Below are positions 63,200 through 64,000 of a stretch of DNA of 64,000 nucleotides, piece by piece. Location of the stretch: NCBI GenBank assembly GCA_015056265.1, contig SVGR01000001.1, positions 228 through 64,227 on the forward strand, read 5' to 3'. This DNA is from Clostridiales bacterium. Its GTDB lineage: Bacteria; Bacillota; Clostridia; Christensenellales; Aristaeellaceae. The notes under the pieces were generated by a model. It had not been told where the DNA came from and ran no database searches. It saw only the letters and a program-made list of their open reading frames with translations. Positions within the stretch are counted from its first letter, which is position 1; each line of letters opens with the position of its first letter. The position numbers and the translations under genes were made by a program.

Positions 63200-63339
63200 T
63201 TCCCGTCCCCTGAAAGAGCGGAATAACGAAAAATTAGCCTCCATTTATCGATACTCTGTCATGCCGAATGGGTGCTATACTTAGCTTGCAGGAAAACAAT
63301 AATACAATCACCGATTCTTTCCATCAGGAGGTACGGCAT

Positions 63340-64000
63340 ATGTATACCCCCCTCAAGCTGAACCCATTTGAGCATTACGCCCATCGATTTTTCTGTAATC
63401 CCAGCGGTCTTTCCGGCATCGGCGATCCCTTCATCCGCAAGGATGGCAATGTATACCACTGCTATTCCACCGGCACCGGCGATGAATACAAGGGTACCGG
63501 GAAAAGAGATGAAGAGATCAAGGGCTTCCGGGGCTGGCGCACCGATACCCTTGCGGATTGGAGCAAGGCGCACCGAGTGAAATTTGAGGCGTTTACCGGC
63601 TCTTCCTGGACGTATCCGAATTGGTATCAGGGCTGTTACTGGGGCCCGGAAGTGCATTTTTACCAGGGAAAATATGTGATGCTCTTCAATGCCAAATACG
63701 GCGAAGGAAAGCTGGAGGACGGGACGCTGAAAATCCGCCTGGGCATTGCTTTTGCCGATTCTCCGGAAGGCCCCTTCACGGATCCTCTGGGGCATCCCCT
63801 GCTTCAGGTGGATTACTGCTGCATCGATGCCCATCTTTTTGTGGATGACGACGGCACCCCTTATCTTTTTTACGCCCGGGATAATTATGATAACTGGATT
63901 GGTGAAAACCAGGTGAGCCAGATCTGGGGCGTACAGCTAGCCCCCGATCTGCTCTCTCCCGTGGGCGAACCCCGGATGCTCACCACCCCGGAGCATGATT
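63340..64000 (+). CDS. cytoplasmic GH43 paralog D (3' end beyond the window)
   Basis: AGGAGG lies 9 nt before ATG 63340. MYTPLKLNPFEHYAHRFFCNPSGLSGIGDPFIRKDGNVYHCYSTG...CIDAHLFVDDDGTPYLFYARDNYDN. The frame stays open to position 64000. Confidence 0.75.
   Translation, partial: MYTPLKLNPFEHYAHRFFCNPSGLSGIGDPFIRKDGNVYHCYSTGTGDEYKGTGKRDEEIKGFRGWRTDTLADWSKAHRVKFEAFTGSSWTYPNWYQGCYWGPEVHFYQGKYVMLFNAKYGEGKLEDGTLKIRLGIAFADSPEGPFTDPLGHPLLQVDYCCIDAHLFVDDDGTPYLFYARDNYDNWIGENQVSQIWGVQLAPDLLSPVGEPRMLTTPEHD

Overview
The window is 64 kb of chromosome from a Gram-positive bacterium. I infer Bacillota, probably a saccharolytic Clostridia-type organism, from the AGGAGG ribosome-binding sites, a T-box leader, a SipW-type signal peptide and the nadK-argR-recN gene order. 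Coding density is high, with about 50 genes, and no rRNA, tRNA or CRISPR array was seen.

Housekeeping genes:
- AlaX-type editing protein, Sua5/TsaC, NAD kinase, ArgR and RecN.
- A T-box-controlled archaeal-type ProRS.

Small regulator and sensor pairs:
- PadR with a DUF1700/DUF4097 protein.
- BlaI with a BlaR1-like M56 protease and an SH3b protein.
- An XRE regulator with a small membrane protein.

Carbohydrate loci:
- 33997-47347: solute-binding protein, two permeases, three tandem GH127 (beta-L-arabinofuranosidase family) paralogs, a MATE transporter, an unknown protein and a BNR-like protein.
- 52683-64000: GH43, an AraC regulator, a solute-binding protein, two permeases and four tandem GH43 paralogs. 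The last paralog runs off the window.
- 22386-26053: an operon of solute-binding protein, BNR/sialidase-like protein and PHP phosphoesterase.

Most unusual items:
1. An AT-richer islet at 18.1-20.7 kb. It carries a toxin-like protein (helical N-terminus, glycine-zipper hydrophobic segment, tandem 11-residue repeats), a DUF4176 partner gene and a 4-TM candidate immunity gene. No type VII secretion core gene is in the window.
2. A translationally coupled pair of G3E/CobW-like GTPases. One carries a roughly 115-residue His/Asp/Glu/Cys insert built from four 51-bp tandem repeats. The other has lost the CxCC motif and ends in a CCxDD-containing domain.
3. A middle GH127 paralog in which all catalytic and zinc-ligand positions appear substituted.
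4. A TasA/camelysin-beta-helix fusion gene broken by a frameshift and an in-frame TGA.
5. A 67-aa chimeric ORF made from a duplicated Sua5 3' end joined to a BNR-type signal peptide.

All functional calls are by-eye motif recognition and no database search was run.
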